Assembly: GCF_009914755.1 (NCBI RefSeq)
Contig: NC_060925.1
Direction: 5' to 3' (one strand)
Length of the DNA stretch: 64,000 nucleotides
DNA from: the human T2T-CHM13v2.0 reference genome, Homo sapiens
The number at the start of each line of letters is the position of its first letter. The stretch's first letter is position 1. Shown piece after piece: positions 1 through 14,662 of the stretch. Position numbers and translations under genes: made by a program. The notes beneath the pieces are model-generated. The model was not told the origin of the DNA. It was given only the letters and a program-made list of their open reading frames with translations, and made no database searches.

Positions 1-305
1 GCAAAGGCTGGAGATAAGAAGCCAAAAGATAAGATTTCAGTGTAAGAATTCACGTCATTTTCATTTCAAGTACCATATATGAGCTTTTTCAGGGACACAA
101 ACTCTAGTTGCTCTTATTCTGGGGCAAGCTCGGACCTGCCAGGCCTTAGCCTGCCTTTCTTTGCCAGTTTTAAAATCCATGTAGTAAGTGTGTGTGCTGT
201 AAGTCTTTGTGTGTATGAGTGTGTGTGTGTGTCTGTGTGGCTGTTGGCTCATCCTAAACTTTTTACTGGCATCTTAGGCTTCTGCAAGTAGAAGATTCTC
301 TACAT

Positions 306-1194
<889 letters not shown>

Positions 1195-4024
1195 CTCTAC
1201 ATCACCCCTACCAGGAGCGAAAAGCCCTTTTCTGCAGGTCAGCTTTCAGTCTTCCATCCATCATCCCTTACAGAGCTTTCTTCTCATTATGTGACCCCTA
1301 AGTGAACTGAGCAGCCCATTGCTAAATCCCAAAGTGGTCAGCATCATGCTATAACCTGACCTCACCCAGTTGAATGCATCATTAACTCCATGTTCAAGGA
1401 GAAAGCAATGCTTTCCATTAAAGAAGGAATTTGAGAATCTCTGTGACTTATAATGAGTTGACTAACTAGCATATAGAATCAAAGTTTACCTATAGCAGAG
1501 TCTAAATTCATTGAGCTTTCTGGAGCTTTATCTATAGCAGTCTAAATTCATTTGTTCCTAGCAAAGTCTAAATTCATTCTAAACACTTTTAAAGTGTTTA
1601 GAATCCTTCTCCCTTCTAACATCCCTTCTGCATTAGTCAGGTTAGCCTAAGTTATGCTGTAGAAGCAAACAACTCCTTAATGTCTCTCAGCAGCATATTA
1701 CAACAAAAGTTATTTCTCACTTATTTTATATATGGAATAGATGTTAGCATGGGGACTCTCCTCATCATGGGTACTCAGGGACAGGCTGCAGGAAATGCTA
1801 TCATCCTGTAATAATGCTGCCATCTCAACATGGCAGGGGATGAGAGAGTGTGGACGATTGTGTGCTGGCTCTTAAATGCTTCCTTCAAGCATGACATGTG
1901 TTTCTTTCACTTATATTTCACTGGTCTAAACAGCCACATGGCCACGTCTAACTTCAATGGAACAGTGAAGTGCAATTTTCCTGTGTTCCAAGAAGTGGAA
2001 GACTATAAATGTGAGCGAACAACTGTAATGTCTATCATACCTTTAAGTGGATATCCAGCCTTGAATACCTTCAGGTTTAAAAGTCTTTATTCTTGCGGTG
2101 ATATTAACCTGCCAAATGCAGATTTCAAGTCATCCTGAACACTTCTGACAGCAAGTATCTTACTCACGATTTGTTTGTTTATTTAACAAGCTGCTACACT
2201 GTGCTGAGCAGTGTGAGCAAAAGAGAAGAACATAAGATCTGTTCCTTTGCGGTCCCATGATCTTAGCCCAGGAGAGAAAGAGAGAGAAGACTAAGTGCCA
2301 CCAAAGAAGTTCAAATTGCTACATTGTTTAGAGGTGACAGAAATTCCTTGCAGCTTTTGGGAATGGCTTCAAGGAATTGGCCTTGAAGTACTGCTAAAAA
2401 ATTTTTAATGTAAGTCTCAACCTCTCTTTCTAAATTGGTGTTTGTAGAATTCTTTTATTCTTTGTTTTGCAAATACAAAATAGCTTAAAGATGAAAATAA
2501 AAGCCTGCCAAGCCTGTAATCTTATTCCTTCAAAATAAGCATTCTTAAAAAGGTGTGTGTGTGTATTACACATATGTACACACACATGCTTGTATATGCA
2601 TATATGTATATGTATACATACATATACATGTAATCTGCTTTTGACAGTCAGCAACATATGCCATGTTTCTATGTTGAAGCAATAAAGGGTGGCTAGTGTT
2701 TGGCTGGTGGCAAGAACATTTCAGATCCAGCCTAACAGAGGCATAGAGGCACGAGGTGAAGATGAAACGCTCAGTTTTGCTGGTACCATGGTGTGTGGAA
2801 GTGTAGAAGAGAGAAAGCTGGGAAGGTGAATGGATTGGGTCTCAGAGAATGTGCAGTGCCAGGTAGGGGAATTTCAACAATTTTCAGTGGGCAATAGTGA
2901 AACTAAAGATTTATTTAAATTTACAACAACTTTTCTAAAAGCCTTGCATTTTGTATAACTTGGAGACTACAGTTAAGCTATAGAGAAGGAAAACTCCCAT
3001 GATCTCACCACTCAAAGATAATCTTGTTAACATCTCAGCATTTATATTTCTAGCTCATTTTCAACACTTTTGCCCATTTTATCTTTTACAAAAGTGGGAT
3101 CCTACTGCATATGTCATCTGTAACCTGATTTTTTTAAATCTAAAATTTTATAAAAGTTTTTTTAAGAATGTAAATATAAATTATTTTGAGTGGTGGAATA
3201 GCATTCTATTACATGGACTTTTACCCATAGAAATAACCAATTAAAGATCACACAAAAGGAAAAAGCAATTGAATTATCCTCCTCCTTAAATACATTTCAT
3301 TTACCTGGTTTTGAAATTAAAAATTGATTCATGAACATTTAATGAACATTAATTTCATGAACATATACATTCTATAAACCCCTCCCACCCACCCAGCATA
3401 CTGGTTTGCAAAAGTAGAACAAAAGAGCAATGGGTTGTGGGGAGAGGAGGGAGGAACTTTCCTTATCAGAAACCAAAAATGATTTGGTGGCTGAGGAATA
3501 ATATGATCAGACTTGTGCATTTAGAAGAATCTCCTAGATGAGGGACAGGGATTTTAAAGGGGAATGAAACTGGAAGAGAGTCTATAAGATAGACGGGATA
3601 GGGATCATTTTCCTTCTTGGACAGAATGAGGCACGTGGCACAGAGAAAGTAAGTGGCTTGTTCAAGGTAGCAGGATATGGCTGCTCTAAGGATAAGACTA
3701 TGATATCCTCATCCACAGATCCAGAACTCTCTCCTGTGCTGGCCTAATCGCAGATTCTGTTTCCCTGGCTTTCTATGTCCAGACAGGTGGTCATAGCATC
3801 ACTTTTTGGGTTTTTACTCTTACGCTGGGAACACGTGCAAAGCAGATCAGTATTTAATAATGCCATTGGATGCAGGCCACATCTCAGCCTGTGGCCATTG
3901 CCTGAGCAAAAATGAGAAATATTTGGCAAAGATCTTTGGGCAAATAGCCTGGGAGACAATTTGACCTTGTACATAATTAGATTTGTGAACCAGTCTAATT
4001 ACATAGTAGTAATTATACGACTAG

Positions 4025-4810
4025 ACTCACACCAGTACTTTCCACCACCAAATGTGTGAGATTTTTTCTCACACTAACCAATTCTTCATTCTCGGTGGAC
4101 ACCAAATGGATGGCTACAACTCAATTAAAGTCCGACACTATTTACCAGGGGATAGCATCAGATCCCACGGGTTAAGGGTTCAATCTCACAAGACTGCTCC
4201 CATTTCAGACAGCAATGACAAGTCCCAGTTATCACCTGTGCTTCTGACCGAACAGCCATAAATCGGAGGTTCCCATGACACCGTCTTCTGGTTTGATCAT
4301 ACGCTAAAATGGCTCACAGAAACCAGGAAAATAATTTACTTATCAGATTACCATTTATTATGAAAGGATACAACTCACGAACAGCTAGATGGAAGAGATG
4401 CATTGGGCAAGGTATGTGGAAAGGGGCACAGAGCCTCCTTGCACTCTCTGGGGCACCCCCCTCCCAGTACCTGCATGTGTTCACCAACCCAGAAGCTCTC
4501 CAAACCTCTTCCTTTAGGGTTTTTGTGGAGGTTTCATTACAGAGGCATGACTGATTAAATCATGAGGCATTGATCATTGACTCAGCCTTCACTCTCCCTC
4601 CTCTTCCTGGAGGTGGGATGGGGTGGGGTGGGGTGGAGTGAGTAGGGCTGAAAGCTCCAACCCTCTTATCTCATGGTTGATTCCCTGGCAAACAGCTCCC
4701 ATCCCTAGGCTATCCAGGAACCCCCAGCTGTCAGTCACGCGTTAGCATAAAAAAGACACTATCATTGGTGAGATTCCAAGGGTTTTAAAAGCTGCCAAGA
4801 AAGGGAGAGG
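4025..4810. mobile_element. MER21-like LTR relic
   Basis: Resembles MER21-family sequence (gcatcagatcccacgggttaagggt...cacaagactgc); boundaries approximate. Confidence 0.55.
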
Positions 4811-5125
4811 GTTATGTCACACCAGTCAAATAAAATTCACTATTTCAACAAATGCTTACTAAGCTCCTGTCCTGTGCCAGCTTCTGAGGGGAATTCTGAC
4901 ATGGATAATACTCAGTTCTAGTGCCCAGGGAGTTCACAGCCTGGTGAAGGAGACACAACCAGGGTGCAGGGAAGGATCGCCTGGGTGCCATCAAAGGGGG
5001 ACTAGCAGCACTCCTAGGAGCACAGGAGAGGGGAGATTAACACTGTCCAGAAATCCGAAAATCTCTTTGTAGGTGTGGAGAGTGGACCTGGATAGGAGGA
5101 AAGGGAGGGTGCTATTTTAGGAGTA

Positions 5126-5630
5126 CAGTAGTCTCCCTTTATCTGTGGTTTCACTTCCTGTGATTTCAGTTACTGACGTCAACAGTGGTTTGAAAATATT
5201 TATTACATGGAAAATTCCGGAAATAAACAATTCATAAGTTTAAATCGCGTGCTACTCTGAGCAGCGTGATAAAGTCTCGTGCCATCCCGCTCCGTCCTGC
5301 CTGGAACGTCAGTCCTCCCTTTGTCCAGCGCATCCGACTGTCACAATACAACAGTGCTCATGTTCAAGTCACCCTTATTTCACTTAGTAACAGCCCCACA
5401 GCACAAGAGTAGTGACGCTGGCATATTGTTATAATTGTTCTATTTCACTATTTGTTATTCTTGTTAATCTCTTTGTGTTTAAACTTCATCACAGATATGT
5501 ATGTATAGGAAAAGAAAAGACATCGGATACATGGGGTTTGGTACTATTTGCAGTTTTAGGCATCTACTGGGCATGATCCACTGATCAATGGTCTTGGAAC
5601 GTGTCTGCCATGGATAAGGGGAGTCTACTG
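5126..5630. mobile_element. MER44/Tigger-type DNA transposon relic
   Basis: Terminal inverted repeats CAGTAGTCTCCCTTTATC...GATAAGGGGAGTCTACTG flanked by TA dinucleotides. Confidence 0.8.
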
Positions 5631-6449
5631 TATTGATTCTGATTAATGCCTGAGAATGGGATGTTATTTCATTCACACGGAAGCCTTTTTCCTTTCTTCC
5701 ATTCTTTCTTCCTTTTTAAAAAAATCTCCTTCAGAAAAAAAAGCAACCCTGGATATATGAGACAGGGGGCAGGGTGACACAGGGGAAATAAACCACAGTC
5801 CTTTACCTGGATCTACTCAGAAGACTCTGTAGCTACTATTTCCCCAACATGTACCATGCCATGTATTTATTTGAATACTCATGTCCTTGTGACTCAAAGT
5901 TGATGTTCTACAGGTCGTGGGAGGTCCAGGATCCTGACTCTTGGGAGGCAGTTGCAGTTCAGAACTGGCTTTCTCTTGTGGTTCTTTTTCCTGCAATTGT
6001 ACAGGAGGCTTGGCTTAGAAAGTGAGACCCTGGCCCTTCTTCTCTCCCCCCCATTCCTGTCTGCAGCCCTGTGGGATCAGTAGCACCCTAGGTCCCCTTG
6101 GGAGCCCTGAAGTTGTATTTACATAGCTTGTTCCCATTGATTTGCATGAATTATTACACGAAAGAACAATCAGTGGTCCTCTTTCTTCTAGCGGCTTCCA
6201 GAACCACCTGCTCTTTGGTCCTGTCCAGTAACTATGTGGATGCCGAATGTGGAGGCTACCAGGGTCTCCATCAATCACCTCTCCCGGCTTTATTTTTGCT
6301 GGTGAATTCCTAGTCAGGCTTCAAATTTCAGATCGAATGTCACTTCCAATGGAAAGCCTTCCCGCATCTTCCAGCACTGTGCCAGCACTGAGGGAGATTC
6401 TGCCTCATCTTGCTGTTGCCACAGGCTCCATCCTTCTGCTAATAGCACC

Positions 6450-6853
6450 TGTCTTAGTTTGCTTTTGGTTTCTTATAACAGAATACCTGAAATTCGGTAA
6501 TTTATAAAGAAAAGGAATTTATTTCTTATAGTTATGGAGGCTGGGAAGTCCAAGGTCAAGAAGCCACATCTGGTGAGGGCTCTCTTGTTGGTGGAGACTC
6601 TGCAGAGTCCCGAGGTGGCACAGAGCATCATATGGAAAGGGGGCTGAGTATGATAGCTCAGCTTTGTCTTCTTCTTGTTTTAAAGCCACCAGTTCCATTC
6701 CCATGATAACCCGTGAATCCATGAATAGATGAGTCAATCTGTAAGGGCAGAACCCTCAAGACCCATTCGCCTTTTAAAGGTCCCACCTCTCAATACTGCC
6801 ACACTGAGGATTAAGTTTCAACATGAGTTTTGGAGGGAATGTTCAAACCATAG
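6450..6853. mobile_element. MST-type MaLR solo LTR
   Basis: tgtcttagttt...tataacagaatacc start; aagtttcaacatgagttttggagg...aaaccatag end. Confidence 0.75.
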
Positions 6854-8625
6854 TGGTACCCATGACACAGTGTTGCCATTTATCTGTTTGCAAGTGTATC
6901 TCCACTCTACTGAGTCATTAAAGCACAAGGACTGTGTCTTAATTTATTTTAAAATAGCTTTTTAAATATATAATTTACATACCATAGGTTATCTGTTTAA
7001 AGTGCACAGTTCAATTTTTTTTTTAAATATAGACACAGAGTTGTGCAACCATCACCGTATCTAATTTCAAAACATTCTGTTACTCTCCAAAGAAACATTG
7101 TATTCCTTAGTAGTCACTCCTTTCCTCCCACCCACCCTATTCTTAACTCTCAGCCCTGGGCAACCATTCATCTATATTCTGTGTCTATAAATTTGCCTTT
7201 TCTGGACATTTGACATAAATGTTTTCATAGTAATTTATTTTTTGTACACTCTATTCTGCCATTCAGTAGGTGCTTAGGAAATGTTTGTTCGATGAATGAA
7301 TGAATGTACTAAAGATTGAGAAACTGCTTGGAAGCATGGCACCGGGGAAAGAACACTGGACCAAAAGCCAGAAGACCTGCACTCTAGGCCTGGTTATGTC
7401 ATTTATTTATGTGACTTAGAGAAAATCACTTGACCTTTCTGACTCTCAGCTTTCTAGTCTGTAAAGGAGGGATAATAATATCTGCCCTCCTTATTTCAAA
7501 AGTCCACAGTAAGTGTCAGATGAAAAAAATCACTTGGAAATATTTTGTATAGCTCTAAGCAGGCTGTACAGATGTAAGAATAATTTATGTTTGTGTTTAC
7601 TCTCATCCCTTGAAATGCCTATAAAAATAAATCACTTATTACACGAATGACACAGGGAGAAGGAAGAACGACAGAATGCCAGTCTAAGGAGATCAACCAG
7701 TGGGATATGGGCTCCTGGAATGACTGCAGTTAACTCAGGGAAAAGAGCTAACAAATGCCCTGGTTATCCCATATCCATTACCACATGCATTTCCCAGCCA
7801 AATGGGAAGATAAAAATCTGTTCTCGAGTGAAAATTAAACTCAATTCACTGGAAGAAAAATGATCATATAATTTCCTCTTATCTTTTTGCTCTTAGGAAA
7901 TTCTAGTTAATATGCTAATTACTTTCTGTTTTGCAGGGCCTTTGCATCCATCGCAAAGAGGGGAGATTCAGGTTTAAGAGTGAGCTCTTTATTGCCTCAC
8001 ACAGAAGTGGAAGTGGAGAAGGAACTCTGGTCCATGGTGGCTCAGTCTCTTTCTCTCCCTTTAGGTTTAGAGGACTTTGTAGGGGGAATGTGAGTATATT
8101 TATTTCTCAAATGTGAAATTCAGGCTCTGCAGAGAGATATACAGGACAGAGATAGGATAAGATTATTAGAATAAAACCTCTGAATCTAATAAGGAGTAGT
8201 TTGGAGGAAAAAAAAACAGTCTTGTATGTGAAGATTTATCTTTAGATAAACTTTTCTTCCACCCAACATTTGTAAAACTCCCCAAGTTCCATCCTTTCGT
8301 AGAGGTTAGCAGAGCCTCAGACCTTGGTCTGATCCAGGAGAGTTTGGATAAAAATATATGAATCTGGACAAAAGGGCCAGCCCCACTTCCTTCAACCTCT
8401 TAAAGTCTGAGACTTGGGGCTTTCCCAGAGGTGGGCCAGTGAGCCAGGTCTCCCCACTGTTTCCACCTGGCCTTTGGGCACTGCCTTCCAACTTGTCACC
8501 TTGTTTTTCCCATTCCCCTGATCATCTGATCAGCCTACTGCCTCCTTTCCCAATAAGGTCATGTTCTTCTCTTCCTCTGCTCCTATTCCAGCTATTTCCC
8601 CCATAGCCACTGCTTCCTTCTAATC

Positions 8626-8795
8626 CAGGGTTTCTTACCCTCAGCACTATTGACCTTAGGTCATATAGTTCTTTGTGATGAGGGGCTGTCCTGTGGCCCA
8701 TAGGATGTTTAGCAGCATTCCCAGCCCATTCCACTAGATACCAATAGCACCTCCCAGTTATGACAACCAAAAATATCTCCAGACATTGCCCAGTA
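8626..8795. mobile_element. MER20-like DNA transposon fragment
   Basis: Characteristic cagcactattgac...gggctgtcctgtg...ccagttatgacaaccaaaaatatctccagacattgcc. Confidence 0.7.
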
Positions 8796-8805
8796 CAGAT
8801 GGGCA

Positions 8806-8839
8806 TGAAGTATGAAGTATGAAGTATGAAGTATGAAGT
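8806..8839 (+). repeat. (ATGAAGT)n heptamer tandem repeat, ~5 copies
   Basis: Seen directly. Confidence 0.9.
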
Positions 8840-9053
8840 CACCTTATTTAGATCCCCTAAACCAGTCCTTCCTCCCTTCATCTGGAGCTCTTGTTTATTA
8901 AACATTTACCATGGAGAAGACACTGAATTAAATCTTTCATGCGTTTTATGCTGATGGTTCTCAAAATTTAATGAACATAAGCATCACCTTGGAAGGTTCT
9001 TAAACTACATATTCTAATTCAGTCATTTTTTCGGGGAAGGGCTTGAGATTCTA

Positions 9054-9357
<304 letters not shown>

Positions 9358-10387
9358 CAAGATTGTACATTTCTAACAAGGTCCCAGATAATGCTATCAC
9401 TGCTGGCTCATGGGCCACACTTGGTGAGCAAAGCTGCAGGTCATCACATCCTCATGGTCTTATGAGGACTCTATTTCACAAGTGAGGAAGGTGAGCCTCA
9501 GAGGGCTCATATGTGGCTCGATCACCTTTTGAACCCAGGTCTGCCTGCCTCCAAAGCTTGTACTCATAACTAGATTCTCAACTGATGTTGGGCCAAGGTT
9601 CCTAGGTTCTCTCCTTGACCTTCCTTCTGAAGTAATAATGCTATGATAAGCTCATCGGAGGCTGAGGCCCAGGCACATGTTTGCCTGAACTATCCATGTT
9701 ATATGATTCCTTCCTCAGACAGAGTGAGCTACTCACGATCCCAGGTGTACCCTGAGGCCAGCCAAGGTGTATCCATGACCTCATGCCTCTGTTCCAGCCT
9801 GCCCTTTAACAGCTCATCCCACCTGCCTGCCCTCCCCGCCTATCTGCAGACAGTAGTCTAGGATTTCAGCTGCCCTGGGGGCTCATTTTCCCTCTCAGCT
9901 TCCTGCTTTAGCTGTCTCCTGCCTCCCACTCACCTATTACTCCAGCACTCTCACCTGGTCTTCTTTTCTGTCTCATCACTGCCTCTTGACATCTTTATCT
10001 CATAGTAGTTAGTTAGGGGTTCTTGGTAATGCCCTAAATCCACATGGTGGGAAGGGGGGAGTGGGGGAAGAGAGTGCGCTGTGGGGCTGTGCCTACTTCT
10101 GGAGGGTAAGACTCGGGCCCTCCAGGAACAAAGGATTCAGGCTGGTGGCAGCTATAGCCAAGCAGACTGCTGGCCAGGGATTGCAAAGGAGTATTTTGTT
10201 TGCTTAAGAAAATAAACAACACTGAGTATGAGATGGAGGGAGGGGGTGTTGGTGCCAGAGAGATTGGGAAGAGTCTGCCAAGGGTGTGTTCTACTCACTC
10301 TCCTCTTTTCTTTCATCTCCACTGAGCTGGAGGCAGTTATCCTGTCCCCCACGTCACATTCCTACTCCCGTTTCCCATGCCTGGACC

Positions 10388-10708
10388 CAGGTTGGGCAAA
10401 CTCTTCCTGTAAAGAACCAGACAGGAACTATTTTAGGCTCTGTGTGCCATATGGTCTCAGTCACAACTACTCATCTCTGCCTCTGTAGCACGAAAGCAAT
10501 TAGCAACAATATGTCAACAAACATATGTGACCCCATGAAAACTTTATTTATTATGGATACGGAAACCTGAAAATAATGTCTTTCTTTTGATTTTTTCCCC
10601 AATCATTAAAAAACGTAAAAACTACTCTTAGGTCGCAAGGTTAAGCCATTCTCAGCTTAGCAGTGGCAGGCTGGATTTGGCTTGTGACCTACAGTTGGCC
10701 AATCCCTG
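10388..10708. mobile_element. MER58-family DNA transposon relic
   Basis: Termini caggttgggcaaact...ttggccaatccctg. Confidence 0.6.
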
Positions 10709-11718
10709 ATTCCCAAAATGTATTCCTCAGGGATGTGGGCAAATACTTATGGGAAATGCTGGATTAAACAGAGTTAAGAAGCATCAGACATTTCCAGGAC
10801 GGGCTAGCACATGCCAGGGCTCTCTAACTGACCTCATTAGGATTCATCTGTTTCATGGAGGATCTTGCAAGACAAGAATTCCTCAAACCTAGAGTCTGAG
10901 GACTGTGCTTTGGGAAACACTGCTCTGCTTGATGCCCTCACTGGGCACATGGTAGAATCTAGAGCTGAGTGCCTTGCTAGCTGGAGATAGGGTCAGAGCT
11001 CTTGACTGCCCTGGCAGTCTTGACACATCACGCTGTCTGTGTCCCCTGAGTGGTTCAGAGCCACACAGGCCAAGACTAGCCCACCAGAGCACCAGGCCTC
11101 CCAGCTTTCTGGGCTTGTCCATGCGTACATTTCCTTATTCTTCCTGGTTTCCAGAACCTAAGGAGAGGCACATTTTGGTTGAGTGATTATAACCCTAGGG
11201 ACCATGGGTAGCTGCATGTCAGGAAACACTCCTCAACTTCCTGGCCCTGATGGATTAAAGGAGAGGTACTTACAGGTTATTTCTTCGCTGTGGACTACTG
11301 TCCCAGCATGAATAGGGCATCATTATTGAATTATTTTGACAGGAAGGAGACTGGTGTATGCTGCACAGTAATAATGTATTTACATGTGTACAGAGTTTAC
11401 CAAGCACCTCTGTGTTGTTTTTGCCTCTGTTTATTACACTTGCCCTTGGGGGGAGGTGGGACAAATTTTTTAAAAATTTATACATGCAGAGACTGCAGCG
11501 CAGAGAAGCTAAGAGACTTGCCCCTGCCCACACAGCCAGTGGTAGAGCCTGAACTCAAACCCAGGTCTCATCTCACCTCAGGGGCTGCTTTCCCCATCGC
11601 TGTATTGTCCTTAAAGTGATGGGTGACTAGGCAATGAAGTAATTCTCTAGGAAAGCATGACCAATTTCCCTTTCTCCACCTCCCTCTTTTTCCTCCACCC
11701 CTCCCCCATCAGCCCCCA

Positions 11719-11725
11719 TATATAT
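11719..11725 (+). promoter_or_regulatory. IL24: IL24 TATA box
   Basis: TATATAT ~30 nt upstream of the recognised IL24 mRNA 5' end (~11749). Confidence 0.75.
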
Positions 11726-11748
11726 GCCCAAATCTCCACAAAGCCTTG

Positions 11749-11920
11749 CTTGCCTGCAAACCTTTACTTCTGAAATGACTTCCACGGCTGGGACGGGAAC
11801 CTTCCACCCACAGCTATGCCTCTGATTGGTGAATGGTGAAGGTGCCTGTCTAACTTTTCTGTAAAAAGAACCAGCTGCCTCCAGGCAGCCAGCCCTCAAG
11901 CATCACTTACAGGACCAGAG
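11749..11920 (+). other. IL24: IL24 exon 1 (5' UTR)
   Basis: Ends at GAG|gtgagc donor; start approximate. Confidence 0.8.
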
Positions 11921-12137
11921 GTGAGCATGGGGGATTCTTGGTTACTTTTTTTTGAAGGACTAGACCTCTGCTTTATTTGTGAAAAGGGGTCAAGGTGGGG
12001 ACAGCAGAAGTCAATTTTTTTGAGTGTTGATGTAGGGACAAGACATGACTGTGATGAGGAGCTGCTTTCGCCAATTTAACACCAAGAAGAATTGAGGCTG
12101 CTTGGGAGGAAGGCCAGGAGGAACACGAGACTGAGAG

Positions 12138-12175
12138 ATGAATTTTCAACAGAGGCTGCAAAGCCTGTGGACTTT

Positions 12176-12181
<6 letters not shown>
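12138..12181 (+). CDS. IL24: Interleukin-24, exon 2 coding part ([14 protein letters not shown]); exon starts at 12036
   Basis: ATG 12138; acceptor tgtag|12036; donor CAG|gtgcgg; in frame with exon 3. Confidence 0.93.
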
Positions 12182-12488
<307 letters not shown>

Positions 12489-13624
12489 AAAGCCTGTGGA
12501 GTTTGAAAGAACAGAATGAAAAGACATTGAGGGAGATGCTAAAGCATAGCCCCCGTCCCCCGTGACCCATAACCCAGGGGTCGCCGCCTCCCTAGCCCAG
12601 GTACCAGCAGAACCGGGTCTTCTCTGGTCTTCCTCCCGGTGTAGGGGTGGGAGGCAGTTTCTTTAGGTGTCAGACCAGTGCCTGCAGTAAGAAAGGTTCT
12701 TAAATGATTGTGTAAAGAAGTACGAAAGAAAGGGAGAAAGTAAGAAAGGGAGGGAGCGAGAGAGGAAAGAAGGAAGAAAGAAAGGTAAGGAGGGAGGGAG
12801 GGAGAGAGGGAGGGAAAGGACAAAGGGCAAAGAAGGCAGGGGGAAAGAAATTCTCTGCATCAGTTATAATAAATACATAATGGCGTTAGGTTCCCCAGCT
12901 TGGAGGCTCTTCACTCAGTCCTTCCCAACTGGCACTTCAGAGGAAGGCTTTAGAGATGATTCATCTGGAAATCTGATGCCTCTCTCTCATTTGGTTACTA
13001 AAAAAAGTGAATTTTTAGACTCAAGAGTGAGTGGTTAGTGGAGGTGGCATAGTCTGTGTGTGACCCTGACCTGCCCTCTGTGCCCCTCCCTGGGACCAGG
13101 ATTAACCCCTTGCTCCCTTGTGATGAGGAGTGAGGGACAGCCGTCTCCTGGGGAGGAGAAAAAGACCTGCCAGCCTATGTGTGCCTAGTGGCTTCAGGGC
13201 AGAACTTGGATAAGCACATGTCTAGTTCAGCTCTTTGTTTTCCTGGGTTTGGGCTCCCCAGACGTGGCACATTAGAACCTCCCATTTCTCCACTCTTCTG
13301 GGTCAAATTCTGACTCGCAGGTTGTAGGCTAGAGAGAACTGCGATGGAGAAGGAGGAGGTGCAGGGCGTGTGGGTGTGGACGGGCAAGGTGGGGAAGAGC
13401 AGGTGGACAGATGGCAAGACGAGCGGCCTTAAGTTTGAGGGGCAGAAAGACCCCTGCTTCACCCCCACTGCACCTTAGCAAGGCTGCCGGTTTGCAATAG
13501 TCTCAACTTGCCCATTGGAGAGTGCTCGAGATTGGCCCGGGGAGACCCTCGGAGCATTTTCCCAGGGCATGTAACTCTGGGTCAGAGGGCCGGCCTCACA
13601 GGCTGCCTCCCTTTCTTTCAGCAG

Positions 13625-13820
13625 ACCCTTCTGCCCTCCTTTGCTGGCGACAGCCTCTCAAATGCAGATGGTTGTGCTCCCTTGCCTGGGTTTTACCCTG
13701 CTTCTCTGGAGCCAGGTATCAGGGGCCCAGGGCCAAGAATTCCACTTTGGGCCCTGCCAAGTGAAGGGGGTTGTTCCCCAGAAACTGTGGGAAGCCTTCT
13801 GGGCTGTGAAAGACACTATG
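13625..13820 (+). CDS. IL24: Interleukin-24, exon 3 (alternative acceptor 13622)
   Basis: RPFCPPLLATASQMQMVVLPCLGFTLLLWSQVSGAQGQEFHFGPCQVKGVVPQKLWEAFWAVKDTM; donor gtgagt. Confidence 0.97.
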
Positions 13821-14599
13821 GTGAGTAAAGTGCTGTTCTGGACCCAGTCGTGGGGGTTCCTGGGGGCAGTGGGCCAGTGGGGCGAGGGGATGCTATTTTA
13901 TGATTCTGGAGTCCTTCACAGCTTGCTAATCAGTTTCCAGTTTCCCATATAATAACTCTGTGAGGTCAGAAGGCACCACAAGCCCCATTTACACATGAGG
14001 AAATTGGGGCTCAGAAAAAATGTGGGCAGCCTCGAGTGAAATAAGCAGTGCCCAAGGGAAACCATGAAGAGAGCTAGATTCATCCAGGCTTCGTCCCGAA
14101 TAGAGTCTTCGGCTCTAAATCTGAGAACTGGAATGAGTGGCTGGGCTGTGGAGGAAGCTCCAAGGGCAAGAGGCAGCTCTAGGGTGCAGGCTGTCCTCCC
14201 TCACATCCTGCTTCCTCACCACATGGAATATGGAGCCAAAATCCTGCCCATAGTGGTTCTTAAAGCAGATAGGCTTATTTCCTCCCATCTCAAATGACCA
14301 GAGGCATCAAACTGCTTCCTTATCAAATCTATGTTCATGCTCTAAGAATAAGAAGAACTCCTGGGACTCCATTTGCTCCTGGGGGGCCAAGCTTAGTCAT
14401 TTTCGTGGCTGCAACCTTGTCTCCCCTCCCCATGGGCCAGCTCAGCCCAGTCCTTCCTGGGTCCTCTTTTGGTCCCTCTGGCCTTTGAGATCTCACAGAC
14501 TAGATAGATTTAGGGGTCTAGGGAAGCAGCACATATTTGCAGAGTTGGTTTCTATGCTGACCCCTAACCTGGAGACGTCTTTTCTTTCTGTTTGCCAAG

Positions 14600-14662
14600 C
14601 AAGCTCAGGATAACATCACGAGTGCCCGGCTGCTGCAGCAGGAGGTTCTGCAGAACGTCTCG
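14600..14662 (+). CDS. IL24: Interleukin-24, exon 4
   Basis: QAQDNITSARLLQQEVLQNVS; aag|...|gtaatc. Confidence 0.95.
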
